Origin: Planctomycetia bacterium
Lineage (GTDB): Bacteria > Planctomycetota > Phycisphaerae > Phycisphaerales > SM1A02
Direction: 5' to 3'
Assembly (NCBI GenBank): GCA_005799205.1
Contig: SYHM01000181.1
Span: forward strand, 1-58,654
DNA length: 58,654 nt
The translations under genes and the position numbers were made by a program. How positions within the stretch are numbered: position 1 is the first letter of the stretch; the number at the start of each line of letters is the position of its first letter. Below are positions 47,223 through 57,729 of the stretch, in pieces. The notes under the pieces were generated by a model that ran no database searches, had not been told where the DNA came from, and saw nothing but the letters and a program-made list of their open reading frames with translations.

Positions 47223-50015
47223 TCACACGAGCACGTTCACCATGCGCTTTGGAACAACGATGACCTTCTTCGCGGTCCGACCTGCCATCGCCTGCACGAC
47301 CATGGCGTCACTGAGCACGATCGCTTCGATCTGCGCTGCGTCAGCCGCGGTCGGAACCTGAACACGAGCGCGAACCTTCCCCTGAATCTGCACTGGCATC
47401 TCAATGCTCTCATCGACCAGCATGGCCACGTCGACGACAGGCCACTGCGATGTCGTGACCGAACTCGCTTCGCCGAGTTTCTCCCAAAGTGCTTCGCAAA
47501 TGTGTGGTGCGAATGGGCTGAGCGCGCGAAGGAAGCGGTTCATCTGGTCTCTCGTAAGTCCGCCATCGGCCGCGTCAATCATTGCAGTCGGTCGCGTCGC
47601 AGCATTCACCAGTTCGATCAGCGAGGCAATCGCTGTGTTGAACGCGAGTTTCTCGATGTCATGGGCGACTTTGTGAATCGTGCGGTGAAGCAGCCGTTCG
47701 ACTGCCGCATCGGGGGCGCGCGCAAGCAGCAGCTCGCCCGTGCGTTCATCGATTGCCAGCCGCCATACGCGCTGCAGAAAACGAAACACTCCAGCAATAT
47801 CACGCGTATTCCATGGCTTCGAGTCGGCAAGCGGTCCCATCGACATCTCATACAGCCGCAGCGTGTCAGCGCCGTATTCAGCGACGACCTCATCTGGTGT
47901 CACAACATTCTTCAGGCTCTTCGACATCTTTGCGATCACCCGCGTCACAGGAGCGCCGTTTGCTGTCTCAACCCATCCACCATTCACCTCGTGCACCGCA
48001 TCGGTTGCCACGAGCGTTCCGTCGGCGCGTTCGAAAGCAAAGCTCGTAATCATTCCTTGGTGGTAAAGCTTCGCGAATGGCTCTCGCGTCGTGACTTCGC
48101 CGAGGTCGAAGAGCATCTTGTGCCAGAAGCGCGCATACAGAAGGTGTAGGACGGCGTGCTCTGATCCGCCGACATAGAGGTCGACTCCACGATCCCCCAT
48201 CCAGTAGTGCTCAGCCTCTTTCGAGACGAATCGCGTTGAGTTTCTTGGATCGCAGTACCTCAGGTAGTACCAACACGATCCCGCCCACCCTGGCATGGTG
48301 TTCGTCTCGCGCCGAACGGGAGTCTGTGGGTCGAGCAACCGAACATCGACCCCAGCGGCGCCGGCAGTGGTCTGCACCCACTGCGTGGCCTTCCCAAGTG
48401 GAGGAAGCGGCTGATCGCTCTGCACAGGGGCATAGTCAGCGAGCGTTGGCAATTGGACAGGAAGCGCCTCGGGTGAAACGGGATAATGCATCCCCGATTC
48501 GTCAAACACAACCGGAAACGGCTCACCCCAGTAGCGCTGCCGACTGAAGAGCCAATCGCGCAATCGAAAGTTGATCCGCCGCACTCCGCATCCTTTGGAT
48601 TGCAGCCAGTCAATCATTGCGCGCGCGGCAGACGCGGTCGGAAGTCCATTCAGCGAGAGTTCATGATTGCTCGAATTGCACGCGATGCCTGCCTCGCAAG
48701 CGGCTGCATCTGCCGAGAATGCGGTGCCATCGGCCGCGGCAACAACCTGACGGATCGGGAGCGAGAATCGAGTCGCGAACGCGAAGTCGCGCTCATCATG
48801 CGCCGGGACGGCCATGATCGCGCCAGTGCCATACGCCATGAGCACGTAGTCGGCAACCCAAATCGGAATCGGCAGTCCCGTCGCAGGATTCGTTGCGGTG
48901 AGTCCAAGCGGGATACCTGTCTTGTCGCGGCTCTCAGCCTGACGATCCAGATCGGACCGATTTCGCGCGCGTGTGACATAGCCGCCGATATCGGCTGCAC
49001 TCGCTGGATTGTGCGCGCACGCCCATTCGACAAGCGGATGCTCTGGTGCGACCACCATGTATGTCGCGCCAAACAACGTATCTGGGCGGGTCGTAAAAAT
49101 CGTCAGCGCGCCGAATCCTGCGACGGCGAACTGCACATCAGCTCCTTCACTTCGACCGATCCATTCAGCCTGCATTGTGCGCGTGGACTCTGGCCATTCG
49201 ACGATGGCGAGATCATCGAGCAGACGCTGCGCGTACGCGGTGATTCGAAACATCCACTGACGGAGTGGCATTCGAAACACTGGGTGACTTCCCCGCTCAC
49301 TCCGTCCATCGACAACCTCTTCGTTCGCGAGCACCGTTCCAAGCGCAGGGCACCAATTCACCGTTTGAACGCCGATGTACGCAAGCCGAACTGTGTCGAG
49401 GTATCCCTGCCGCTGCGCAGGCGTGCACTTCGACCACGGCGTGCCGTCGGTCCCTGTCGCGCGATCCTCATCAGCGCACTGCGCCTCGAGCTCTGCGATG
49501 GGACGGGCGCACGCGCGCGATTCGTCGTAGTAACTGTGATAGGCGCGAAGCCAGATCCACTGCGTCCAGCGGTAATAGTCGGGATCAATGGTTCCAAACT
49601 CGCGCGACCAGTCATAGGCGAATCCGAGTCGCTGCAATTGACGGCGAAAGTTGTCGATCGCACTACGCGTCGTGACTGCCGGATGCACCCCAGTCTGCAC
49701 CGCGTATTGCTCGGCTGGAAGTCCAAACGCGTCCCATCCCATTGGGTGCAGCACATTGAAACCGCGCATCACTTTGTAGCGGGTCAAAATGTCAGTTGCT
49801 GTGTAACCCTCGGGGTGGCCGACATGCAATCCCGCCCCAGATGGATACGGAAACATGTCCAGGATGTAGTACTTCGGGCGACTCGCATCGAACCCAGGAT
49901 CGCCCGGATTCGCTGCGCGATTGGCGCCATCGGCGAGCCACCGCGCCTGCCAGTGCAACTCGATTTCGCACGCGCGCGCCGCGTCATAGCGATAGGGTGT
50001 TTCGTTCGCTGCCAT
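47223..50015 (-). CDS. leuS: Leucine-tRNA ligase
   Basis: HIGH-type HVGHPEGY, KMSKSLKN, and class Ia editing-domain length (930 aa). Confidence 0.95.
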   Translation of the reverse strand: MAANETPYRYDAARACEIELHWQARWLADGANRAANPGDPGFDASRPKYYILDMFPYPSGAGLHVGHPEGYTATDILTRYKVMRGFNVLHPMGWDAFGLPAEQYAVQTGVHPAVTTRSAIDNFRRQLQRLGFAYDWSREFGTIDPDYYRWTQWIWLRAYHSYYDESRACARPIAELEAQCADEDRATGTDGTPWSKCTPAQRQGYLDTVRLAYIGVQTVNWCPALGTVLANEEVVDGRSERGSHPVFRMPLRQWMFRITAYAQRLLDDLAIVEWPESTRTMQAEWIGRSEGADVQFAVAGFGALTIFTTRPDTLFGATYMVVAPEHPLVEWACAHNPASAADIGGYVTRARNRSDLDRQAESRDKTGIPLGLTATNPATGLPIPIWVADYVLMAYGTGAIMAVPAHDERDFAFATRFSLPIRQVVAAADGTAFSADAAACEAGIACNSSNHELSLNGLPTASAARAMIDWLQSKGCGVRRINFRLRDWLFSRQRYWGEPFPVVFDESGMHYPVSPEALPVQLPTLADYAPVQSDQPLPPLGKATQWVQTTAGAAGVDVRLLDPQTPVRRETNTMPGWAGSCWYYLRYCDPRNSTRFVSKEAEHYWMGDRGVDLYVGGSEHAVLHLLYARFWHKMLFDLGEVTTREPFAKLYHQGMITSFAFERADGTLVATDAVHEVNGGWVETANGAPVTRVIAKMSKSLKNVVTPDEVVAEYGADTLRLYEMSMGPLADSKPWNTRDIAGVFRFLQRVWRLAIDERTGELLLARAPDAAVERLLHRTIHKVAHDIEKLAFNTAIASLIELVNAATRPTAMIDAADGGLTRDQMNRFLRALSPFAPHICEALWEKLGEASSVTTSQWPVVDVAMLVDESIEMPVQIQGKVRARVQVPTAADAAQIEAIVLSDAMVVQAMAGRTAKKVIVVPKRMVNVLV

Positions 50016-50080
50016 GGGAAGACTCGAGGGGCTCGGAGGATAGCCACGCCGAGAACACGGGCACTCTCAACCGGATTGAC

Positions 50081-51607
50081 TCACACCGGCTGAGGTCGGA
50101 GCTCGTGAAAGTCAGCATTCTCGTTGAGGTACTTCATCGCGTCACCCACAACGTAGAAGCTTCCGGTCACACAGATCAGGTCATCACGGCTCGTTGCGCG
50201 CATTGCGAGCTGAATCGCCTCGCCAGCCGTTCGCGCCACCTGACTCATCTTTCCGCTGCGCTCTTGAAACAGCTTTTGCAGTTCAACAGGATCGGCCGCG
50301 CGCGGATTGCCGGTCGCGCGTGTGAAAATCACCTTGTCTGCACCAAGGTTGAGTCGGTCAAGCATTTCGCCGACATCCTTGTCCTGACAGCAGCCAAACA
50401 CGCAGACCATGCTGTCGTACGGAACATGCGCACCCACACATCGCATGAGCGCATTGAGACTCGCTGGATTGTGGGCGCCATCGACCAAGACGCGGGGACG
50501 ATCACTCACGAGATCCATACGCCCGAGCACTTTCGTCTTGCTCAATCCCCCCGTGATGAGGTTGTCGGGGCAGGTGAATCCCGCTGCGCGCACGCACTCG
50601 ACGGCCGCGAGCGCCACGCCGCAATTGATCGCCTGATGCTCGCCCGGGAGCGGCACAGGCAAGTGCTCGATGCGCATCGTCTTGGTGTAGTAACAGACTC
50701 GGGTGTGCGGTCCAGTTTCAGGCGACGTGCAGAAGCGGCTTGAAAACTCAATGTCTTTGTTCACGATTCGCAAGTCAGCACCGACCTTTGTCGCTACCTC
50801 TGCGAACACCTTGTTCACTTCGGGTTGCGAGTCAAACACGATTGCGGGAACACCGCGCTTGAAAATGCCCGCCTTCTCGCGAGCGATCTTGCCGAGCGTG
50901 TCGCCAAGGATGCGCGTGTGATCAAAGTCGATTGTCGTCACGACGGAGGCAATCGGAGTAATCACGTTGGTCGAGTCGAGGCGACCTCCGAGACCCACTT
51001 CGATAACGGCAATGTCGACCGCCTCGTCGGCGAAATACTTGAACGCCATCGCGGTCATCGCCTCGAAGAACGTCGGATCAACCTTGGCCTTCGCGGCCGC
51101 TGCCTGCACCTTCTTCGCCATCTCGACCATTGCCGGCTTCGAGATCATCCGCTCATTGATTGCGATGCGCTCCCGCACATCGACGAAGTGTGGGCTTGTA
51201 TAGGTACCAACGGTGTACTTGCACCCAGCAAGCATGTTCGCGATCATCGCGCAGGTCGATCCCTTGCCGACAGTGCCGGCAACATGCACGGTCTTGATCG
51301 ACTCGTGCGGATTCCCCATCGCGGCGAGGAGGGCACGCATTCGGTCGAGGCGAAATGTGTTTTCGTCGTACTTCACGACGCGCATGCGTTCGATATCAGG
51401 GCGATCAGCGAGCCACTTGAGAGCCGCCTGATAGCCACTAATCTCGATTGGGGTTGCGCGCGCTGGCGCAACCTCAACAACTGGGGCCTTCGGAAGCTTC
51501 GCCGCCGAAGAAGCAACCCGTGCCGTGCCAGCCGCAGCCCCCTTCGTCGACCCCTTCGAGGAAGTAGTAGCGCGAGAACCTGATCGACCGGCGGGCTTGC
51601 TATTCAT
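50081..51607 (-). CDS. folC: Bifunctional folylpolyglutamate synthase / dihydrofolate synthase (Mur ligase family)
   Basis: VHVAGTVGKGST P-loop, TSPHFVDVRERI, EVGLGGRLDSTN, DGAHNP. ATG 51607 preferred over 51670. Confidence 0.88.
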   Translation of the reverse strand: MNSKPAGRSGSRATTSSKGSTKGAAAGTARVASSAAKLPKAPVVEVAPARATPIEISGYQAALKWLADRPDIERMRVVKYDENTFRLDRMRALLAAMGNPHESIKTVHVAGTVGKGSTCAMIANMLAGCKYTVGTYTSPHFVDVRERIAINERMISKPAMVEMAKKVQAAAAKAKVDPTFFEAMTAMAFKYFADEAVDIAVIEVGLGGRLDSTNVITPIASVVTTIDFDHTRILGDTLGKIAREKAGIFKRGVPAIVFDSQPEVNKVFAEVATKVGADLRIVNKDIEFSSRFCTSPETGPHTRVCYYTKTMRIEHLPVPLPGEHQAINCGVALAAVECVRAAGFTCPDNLITGGLSKTKVLGRMDLVSDRPRVLVDGAHNPASLNALMRCVGAHVPYDSMVCVFGCCQDKDVGEMLDRLNLGADKVIFTRATGNPRAADPVELQKLFQERSGKMSQVARTAGEAIQLAMRATSRDDLICVTGSFYVVGDAMKYLNENADFHELRPQPV

Positions 51608-51634
51608 AGGACTTTGAGTGTAGTCCTCACCCCA

Positions 51635-52420
51635 ATGGAATCCAAGCACATCAAAGAGGCCTTGCAACACGAGGCGTGGCGGGCACTGCGCATCATGAGC
51701 GAATTCGTGGACGCCACAGACACGATGGTCCGAGTTGGCCCCGCGGTCGCGGTGTTCGGGTCGGCACGAACGGCGCCCGAGCGACCTGAGTTTGCTCAGG
51801 CGATGGAGTGCGGCAAGCAGCTGGTCGGGCGTGGATTCGCAGTCATTACCGGCGGTGGCCCAGGCATCATGGAAGCGGCCAACAGGGGCGCCCTTGAGGC
51901 GAAGGGCGTGTCAGTTGGACTCAACATCTCACTGCCATTCGAACAGAAGCCCAATCCATATCAGAGCATTGAGCTGACCTTTCGTTACTTCTTCGTTCGC
52001 AAGGTGATGTTCGTGAAACACGCGCGAGGATTTATCATTTTTCCTGGGGGATTCGGCACGATGGACGAGTTGTTCGAGTCACTCACGCTCATTCAGACGC
52101 TCAAGATCGTTCCGTTTCCGGTCATCCTCGTCGGAAGAAAGTTCTGGGAGCCTCTGCTGACATGGATGCGCACGACCCTCGCCGAAGAGTTCAAGACCAT
52201 CTCTCCTGAAGACTTTGATCTCTTTCGCGTCACCGATGACGTCGGTGAGGCGGTCCGGATCATTGCTGATGTGCAAGCTGGCCGCCATGCGTGGGCGCCG
52301 AAACTGCCCCGTTTCGCTTCGGATCCGCCGATCACCGAAGAGGAGGGCATCCGCCAAGGAGTGCATCCACGGCGGCACTTGCAAGGGGATGCGGCGATGG
52401 GACTCGACAACCTCGAGTGA
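51635..52420 (+). CDS. LOG family / TIGR00730 Rossmann-fold nucleotide-binding protein
   Basis: VAVFGSAR, VITGGGPGIMEAANRGA, PGGFGTMDELFE. Start uncertain (51614 or 51635). Confidence 0.85.
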   Translation: MESKHIKEALQHEAWRALRIMSEFVDATDTMVRVGPAVAVFGSARTAPERPEFAQAMECGKQLVGRGFAVITGGGPGIMEAANRGALEAKGVSVGLNISLPFEQKPNPYQSIELTFRYFFVRKVMFVKHARGFIIFPGGFGTMDELFESLTLIQTLKIVPFPVILVGRKFWEPLLTWMRTTLAEEFKTISPEDFDLFRVTDDVGEAVRIIADVQAGRHAWAPKLPRFASDPPITEEEGIRQGVHPRRHLQGDAAMGLDNLE

Positions 52421-52435
52421 CCGTCTACCCACGCT

Positions 52436-54991
52436 TCACCGCCATGTGTGCCTGGGATATCTGCGCCGAAGAGCTGGAACGAGTTGCGGATAGAGCACCT
52501 TCCAGAACGCCGCGATGTCTGATGTGACCTGCAGAGGCCTTGAGTTTGGCCCAAGAATCTCGATCGTGATCGTGACTCGTCCATCGGCGATTCGCGGAGT
52601 CTCGTCGACTCCGTACAGATCCTGAATCTTCGCGCGGCCGCGCGGCGGCTGATTCGGTTCGTAGTTGAGTTTCATCGAGTGCCCGCTCGGAAGTCGAATC
52701 GCCGCTGGAGCCATGCGCGAGACGAATTGCTGATCGTCGTACGAGAGCGCCGACATGATGACGGCGAGGCTCGGGCGACCACGCACCTGACTGAATCGAG
52801 TCGCCCCTGTCGCAAGCTCAGCGAAGAGGATGCGCAGATCGTCGTCGCTATAGGTCACGAGGCCACGCTGAGGACACAGTGCCGCGACCCATCTGGTCCG
52901 GGCGATCCATGGATCGACCTGCTCACTCCAGTCGTCTGGGCGCAGTTGATCATCCACCATATGTGCCGCAATCAGCGATGCTGCGGCCAGCGCATCGCGC
53001 GCTGGACGACGCGTCTGCTCGATCGGCGTCTCGTCAAACGAGACCTCTTCAACTTCCTCGACGGACTGACTCTGCTCAAGCCAGCGCTCATGGGTCTGCC
53101 GAGTAAATCGATTTGGCAATGCCGACTCAACCCACGCGCGCTCGAGCGCAACGGTCATCGAGAGGGCCGTTTCGAGTGAATCGCCCGTGCCCTTATGCCT
53201 CACTTCAAAGGCGAGAAGCGGTCCAACCGAGTCATGAAGGCTTCTGGGTTCAATCGAGACTCGCCTGCGGCCAAGCATCGGTGCATGTGGTCGCTGCCGA
53301 TCAGGGCGCCAAGCAATTCGATCTGGGAATCCAAGCATGAATGACGTCGCGATTGCCTCGTCAGAATGCGCATCGTCCCGATCGCGCTGTGCCACACCCT
53401 GCGCTGCGCGCCGAGCAGACGCTTCAAGATCGTGGGCCGCCTTGAACACCTCGCGCACCGCGTCACCATCGAGCGACACGCCACGCATTGCACCGTGCTT
53501 CCACGCACTCAAAGCGCGCTCTCGCGCGATCAGGTCGCCGTGGCGATCGTGCAGCTCGAGGTGCGCGCGCAGCGCCTGTGGATCGTCGCGCTCCACAGGA
53601 TCACGCTCTGTCAGCAGTGCAGACCACAGCGCGACTCGCGAAGCGCAGCCCCGGCGCACACCCTCCAGCAGCGCGCGCGCAACCCGCGGATGCGCAGGAA
53701 TTCGCGCAATGGCTCGTCCATCATCCGTGAGCGCGCCGTTGGCATCAGTCGCACCAACCATGCGAAGCACATTGTGCGCTCGATGCAGCGATTGTGCCTT
53801 CGGTTCGTCGATCCACGGAAACCCAGCGACCTCTCGCTCGCCAATGACCAGCAGGCTCATGAGCGGCTCCGCGAGATCGATGCGGTGCACCTCGGCAGTC
53901 TCGAACGCGGCACGCTGACCCTGCGACCGCTCGCTCCACAGGCGCAGGCAGAGCCCTGGCGCGGTCCTACCAGCCCGACCAGCACGCTGACGAGCACTCG
54001 CCTGACTGATTGGCTCAACAACGAGCGTGTTGAGGTCGCGCAGTGGGTCGAATCGGTGCACACGCGCCAGTCCGCTGTCGACGACGAAACGAATCCCCGG
54101 AATCGTGAGGCTCGTCTCAGCGATGTTCGTTGCGACGACGACCTTGCGAACGCCGCTCGATTGCAGTGCGCGGTCCTGCTCTTGTGGAGTCTGGCCACCG
54201 TGCAGTGCGAGCAATTCGATTGGGGACGCGCGCATCCTCGCTCGAAGTGCGGCGAGGGTCCACTCGATCTCCTTGCGTCCAGGCATGAAGACGAGACCAT
54301 CTCCATCGCAGCCATCAAGGGCATCGGCGACCACCCCAGCAGTGCGTTCGAAGAGGTCGTCACCGCGCGCTGAGTCGCCAAGATGCCTGATCTCGACTGG
54401 ATACATCCTTCCAGAAACACTCACGGGATCGACCTCAAAGACCTCTGCGAGCCGAGCCGCGTCAAGTGTCGCGCTCATGACCACCAGTCGAAGATCTCGA
54501 CGGCGATGCGCCTGCAGGGTGCGCACGATCCCTGCCGCAAGGTCACTTGAGATTCCTCGCTCGTGAAACTCGTCGAGCACAACCGTGCTAATGCCAGCAA
54601 GATCGGGCGACCCCTGGGCGAGGCGCACGAAAAGACCATCGGTCATAAACAGGATGCGTGTTGCTGCACTCTCGACCCGTTCATACCGAGTGCGGTAGCC
54701 CACGAGCTCTCCCTCGCGGGTTCCCATTTCGAACGCCACCCGGCGCGCCACCGCGCGTGCGGCAAGGCGGCGTGGCTGCAGCACAACGATCTGTCCAGCC
54801 GGGCACGAGCGCGCGCGCAGCAGCATCTGTGGCAACTGCGTCGTTTTCCCCGATCCAGTTTCGGCGACGAGCACAAGTCGGCGCTCTTGTTCGAGTCGCG
54901 CGCACAACGCTTCCTCGAACTCAAGGATGGGGAGTCGCGCGCGCTGCACACGATTCGATTCAGAATGCATCTGAGTAGCGCTTGCGAACAT
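52436..54991 (-). CDS. hrpB: ATP-dependent RNA helicase HrpB (DEAH box)
   Basis: AETGSGKTTQLPQ, LDEFHERG, SATL, TNIAETSLTIPG, QRAGRAGR, plus an HrpB-type C-terminal domain. Alternative start at 54970. Confidence 0.9.
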   Translation of the reverse strand: MFASATQMHSESNRVQRARLPILEFEEALCARLEQERRLVLVAETGSGKTTQLPQMLLRARSCPAGQIVVLQPRRLAARAVARRVAFEMGTREGELVGYRTRYERVESAATRILFMTDGLFVRLAQGSPDLAGISTVVLDEFHERGISSDLAAGIVRTLQAHRRRDLRLVVMSATLDAARLAEVFEVDPVSVSGRMYPVEIRHLGDSARGDDLFERTAGVVADALDGCDGDGLVFMPGRKEIEWTLAALRARMRASPIELLALHGGQTPQEQDRALQSSGVRKVVVATNIAETSLTIPGIRFVVDSGLARVHRFDPLRDLNTLVVEPISQASARQRAGRAGRTAPGLCLRLWSERSQGQRAAFETAEVHRIDLAEPLMSLLVIGEREVAGFPWIDEPKAQSLHRAHNVLRMVGATDANGALTDDGRAIARIPAHPRVARALLEGVRRGCASRVALWSALLTERDPVERDDPQALRAHLELHDRHGDLIARERALSAWKHGAMRGVSLDGDAVREVFKAAHDLEASARRAAQGVAQRDRDDAHSDEAIATSFMLGFPDRIAWRPDRQRPHAPMLGRRRVSIEPRSLHDSVGPLLAFEVRHKGTGDSLETALSMTVALERAWVESALPNRFTRQTHERWLEQSQSVEEVEEVSFDETPIEQTRRPARDALAAASLIAAHMVDDQLRPDDWSEQVDPWIARTRWVAALCPQRGLVTYSDDDLRILFAELATGATRFSQVRGRPSLAVIMSALSYDDQQFVSRMAPAAIRLPSGHSMKLNYEPNQPPRGRAKIQDLYGVDETPRIADGRVTITIEILGPNSRPLQVTSDIAAFWKVLYPQLVPALRRRYPRHTWR

Positions 54992-55664
54992 CCTCGAGAA
55001 AGCGCGCGACCTGCGCCTGCTGCTTGGGAGATGCGGTCACTTCGACCTCCTTTTGCCACAAGCTCATGAATCCAAGTGCTCCATCCTCATCGAGTGATGG
55101 AATCGTCTGATCGGCCATGCGCTTTTCATCGCGCGCTGCGCCAGACCGAATGCGTTCGAGCCGCTCCTTGTCAGTTCGATCGCGCTCCTTGCCGGTGGTG
55201 AGTTTCTCTCCCATCTTGAGCCAGTTCAACACCCAATCATCGATGTACTTGCCTTGGTCGCGCTGAGACGATTCGAAATACCCGGATGCACCTTGCACCA
55301 GAATGTCGCGAGCGAGAATGCGGGCATTCTGAGTCAATTGCTTTCGCACAGGGCCAGTCACCCCAGCAAAGAACCCGGCCATAGCCGCGCTATCCGAACT
55401 CTCCATTCCACGAAACCGCTCGCTCAACTCAAGCAGAAACTTCATCCGCTCTTCGAGAGACAACTGATTGAAGTCGTCCATTGCGAGGTATCCAAAGACA
55501 TCGTCGACTGGAGTGTCAAAGATTGACGGCGGTGGTTTCCACCGAACTTCCATCCACCACCACACCCCGACTGCAAGAAGCAACACCACCACAGTGCCTG
55601 CGCCAATGCGCGCGACCTGTTGGCCGCGTCCGCGCAGTGAGTGTTTCAGTTGGTCGAGGTCCAT
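54960..55664 (-). CDS. Hypothetical single-pass membrane protein
   Basis: MDLDQLKH... then TM GAGTVVVLLLAVGVWWW. No family recognised. 3' end overlaps the hrpB start. Confidence 0.5.
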   Translation of the reverse strand: MDLDQLKHSLRGRGQQVARIGAGTVVVLLLAVGVWWWMEVRWKPPPSIFDTPVDDVFGYLAMDDFNQLSLEERMKFLLELSERFRGMESSDSAAMAGFFAGVTGPVRKQLTQNARILARDILVQGASGYFESSQRDQGKYIDDWVLNWLKMGEKLTTGKERDRTDKERLERIRSGAARDEKRMADQTIPSLDEDGALGFMSLWQKEVEVTASPKQQAQVARFLEDVRKRYSDAF

Positions 55665-55677
55665 CGGTTTTCCGCTT

Positions 55678-56316
55678 TCAATCAACCGCAGTGTTGGCTT
55701 CCACAGTCGCCGCGCGTGCGGCACCGTCAAGATAGATCGCATTGCGCGGCACACGCGTGCCTGGGTGACGGTCTTCACTATCGATCAAAATCGGAAAGAG
55801 ACCCTTCGCGTCATTCTCGAACAGTTTCGCGACGAGCTTGCCTTCGGTCTCAAGACGAAGGCGTTGGCGCTGACGCTCAATCGTGTTCGCTGGAAGTGTC
55901 ATGAGCACCTGCAGGGTCTCCATCTGCACCTGGGGACTGAAGCGCAGCAGCCCGGGCAGATAGTTGTAGCTCGTCCCCGTGTCGGTCGACTCTGTATCGA
56001 AGTCCGCGGGACAGATCCACGTTGGACTCTCGACATCGATGTAGTTCGCAAGCAGGTTCGGAAGTCCACCGCTGATGCCCTCTGGAGTCACCACAGGGAG
56101 GAACTCACACATCGGCATCGCCCCACGATTGGCAACCTGATACGACTGCCACGCCGTAAAATTCTGACGCAGGTTGCTCAGACATCCTGAATTGCGAGAC
56201 TCGGCGCGCACCATCTTGATCGCAGGCATCACGAGCCCGATCAGCAACGTGATGATTCCAACGACAACGAGCGTTTCAACAAGAGTGAAGGCGCGTTGGC
56301 ACGAGAACCGGTTCAT
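55678..56316 (-). CDS. Prepilin-type N-terminal cleavage/methylation domain protein (DUF1559-like)
   Basis: RAFTLVETLVVVGIITLLIGLVMP N-terminus. 4-nt overlap with the upstream ftsY. Confidence 0.8.
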   Translation of the reverse strand: MNRFSCQRAFTLVETLVVVGIITLLIGLVMPAIKMVRAESRNSGCLSNLRQNFTAWQSYQVANRGAMPMCEFLPVVTPEGISGGLPNLLANYIDVESPTWICPADFDTESTDTGTSYNYLPGLLRFSPQVQMETLQVLMTLPANTIERQRQRLRLETEGKLVAKLFENDAKGLFPILIDSEDRHPGTRVPRNAIYLDGAARAATVEANTAVD

Positions 56317-57263
56317 GCCGAAAGCGTAGCCGCGCTCGGGGCAAAGACCGCATCAACGAACTTGTCTGGATCGAATGGCTGCACATCTTCGGGCGTCTCG
56401 CCGACACCGATCAGTTTTACGGGGACTCCAAGCGCATCGTGGATCGCAAGAACGACCCCGCCGCGCGCTGTGCCATCCATTTTTGCAAGAAAGATGCCTG
56501 AGATATCGACGGCTTTCCGAAAAGCCGCGGCCTGCACGACGGCATTCTGCCCACTCGTTGCGTCGAGCACGAGCAGCGTTTCATGGGGGGCGCCTGGAAT
56601 CCGGCGGCGTACGACATCTCTGATTTTCACGAGCTGTCGCATCAAGCTCTCTTCGTTGTGCAATCGCCCCGCAGTGTCGATGAGCAACACATCGACGCCT
56701 CGCGCAACGGCGGCATCAGCTGCGTCAAAGGCGACTGCAGCGGGGTCTGCCCCTGCGACTCCTCGAATGATCTCAACATTCAGCCTGCTTGCCCACACGC
56801 CAAGCTGTGCGACGGCCCCCGCCCGGTAGGTATCAGCCGCCGCGAGCAAGACTGTTCGTCCCGAAGCCTGAATCGAATGGGCAATCTTGGCAACACTCGT
56901 GGTCTTGCCGACGCCATTCACTCCGACCACCAGCACCACGGCTGGTTTCGAAGTGGTCGCGGCAATCTCGGTTGTCATCCCGGGCTTTGGGGCGAGCCGT
57001 GCCTTCATCGACTTCTTGAGATGTTCAAGCGCGTCCTCGCCCCGATCCATGCGACCCGCGAGAAACTCAGTTCGAAGTGCCGCGACCAATTCGCGCGCTG
57101 CCCCGACTCCGACGTCGGCACTGATGAGCAATCGTTCAACTTCGTGCAGCGTGGCATCGTCAATTCGGCGGCCGTGCAGCACACTGCAGACACCAGCTCC
57201 GAGCGCCGACGCGGTGCGCGCGAGACCCTTGCGAACCGCGTCAATGGCTGCCTTGAAGAACAC
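56313..57263 (-). CDS. ftsY: Signal recognition particle receptor FtsY
   Basis: VVGVNGVGKTTS, DTAGRLHN, LAKMDGTARGG. GTG 57263 with GGAG 5 nt upstream chosen; the longer ORF to 57452 would overlap nusB. Confidence 0.88.
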   Translation of the reverse strand: MFFKAAIDAVRKGLARTASALGAGVCSVLHGRRIDDATLHEVERLLISADVGVGAARELVAALRTEFLAGRMDRGEDALEHLKKSMKARLAPKPGMTTEIAATTSKPAVVLVVGVNGVGKTTSVAKIAHSIQASGRTVLLAAADTYRAGAVAQLGVWASRLNVEIIRGVAGADPAAVAFDAADAAVARGVDVLLIDTAGRLHNEESLMRQLVKIRDVVRRRIPGAPHETLLVLDATSGQNAVVQAAAFRKAVDISGIFLAKMDGTARGGVVLAIHDALGVPVKLIGVGETPEDVQPFDPDKFVDAVFAPSAATLSA

Positions 57264-57270
57264 GCGGCTC

Positions 57271-57729
57271 CTAGTTCGTTGTTGCACTGACCGTCGGGTT
57301 GGCGACGCGATCAAGCACTCCGTTGATGAAGGGAGGGCTTGCGCTGTGGCTGTACTCCTTCGAGAGTTCAATCGCCTCATTGATAGCGATCGCCGCGGGA
57401 ACTCCGCCGTGCTTAATCTCGTAGTACCCCAGCCGAAGAATGTTGCGATCAATGGTCGGCTGTCGATGCCATGACCATTCAGGTGTCAGGAGCGCAAGCG
57501 CCTGATCTGCCTCTTCGCGCGTTGCCCAGGCACACTTCGCCAGCGCAATCCCCTCTTCGACGATCGGAACTTCGAAATCGCACTCGCGTTCGAATGCGTT
57601 GGCGCTTCGAGCCTCGCGCGCACGCGACTCGAATGACTCGCGCAGGTGTACGAGATCACTTGTGCCACCGAGGTCAAACTGAAACATCGCCTGCAACGCG
57701 CAACAACGCCGTTCGTGATCGCGGCTCAT
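57271..57729 (-). CDS. nusB: Transcription antitermination factor NusB
   Basis: RRCCALQAMFQFD, DRNILRLGYYEI, AINEAIELSKEYS, FINGVLDRV. ATG 57729 overlaps the ribH stop (ATGA). Confidence 0.88.
   Translation of the reverse strand: MSRDHERRCCALQAMFQFDLGGTSDLVHLRESFESRAREARSANAFERECDFEVPIVEEGIALAKCAWATREEADQALALLTPEWSWHRQPTIDRNILRLGYYEIKHGGVPAAIAINEAIELSKEYSHSASPPFINGVLDRVANPTVSATTN

Noticed and set aside
48486-50093. 535-aa plus-strand ORF inside leuS
   Set aside because: It is antisense to an unambiguous leucyl-tRNA synthetase. The sequence is Arg-rich and low-information, so this is a GC-driven open frame.
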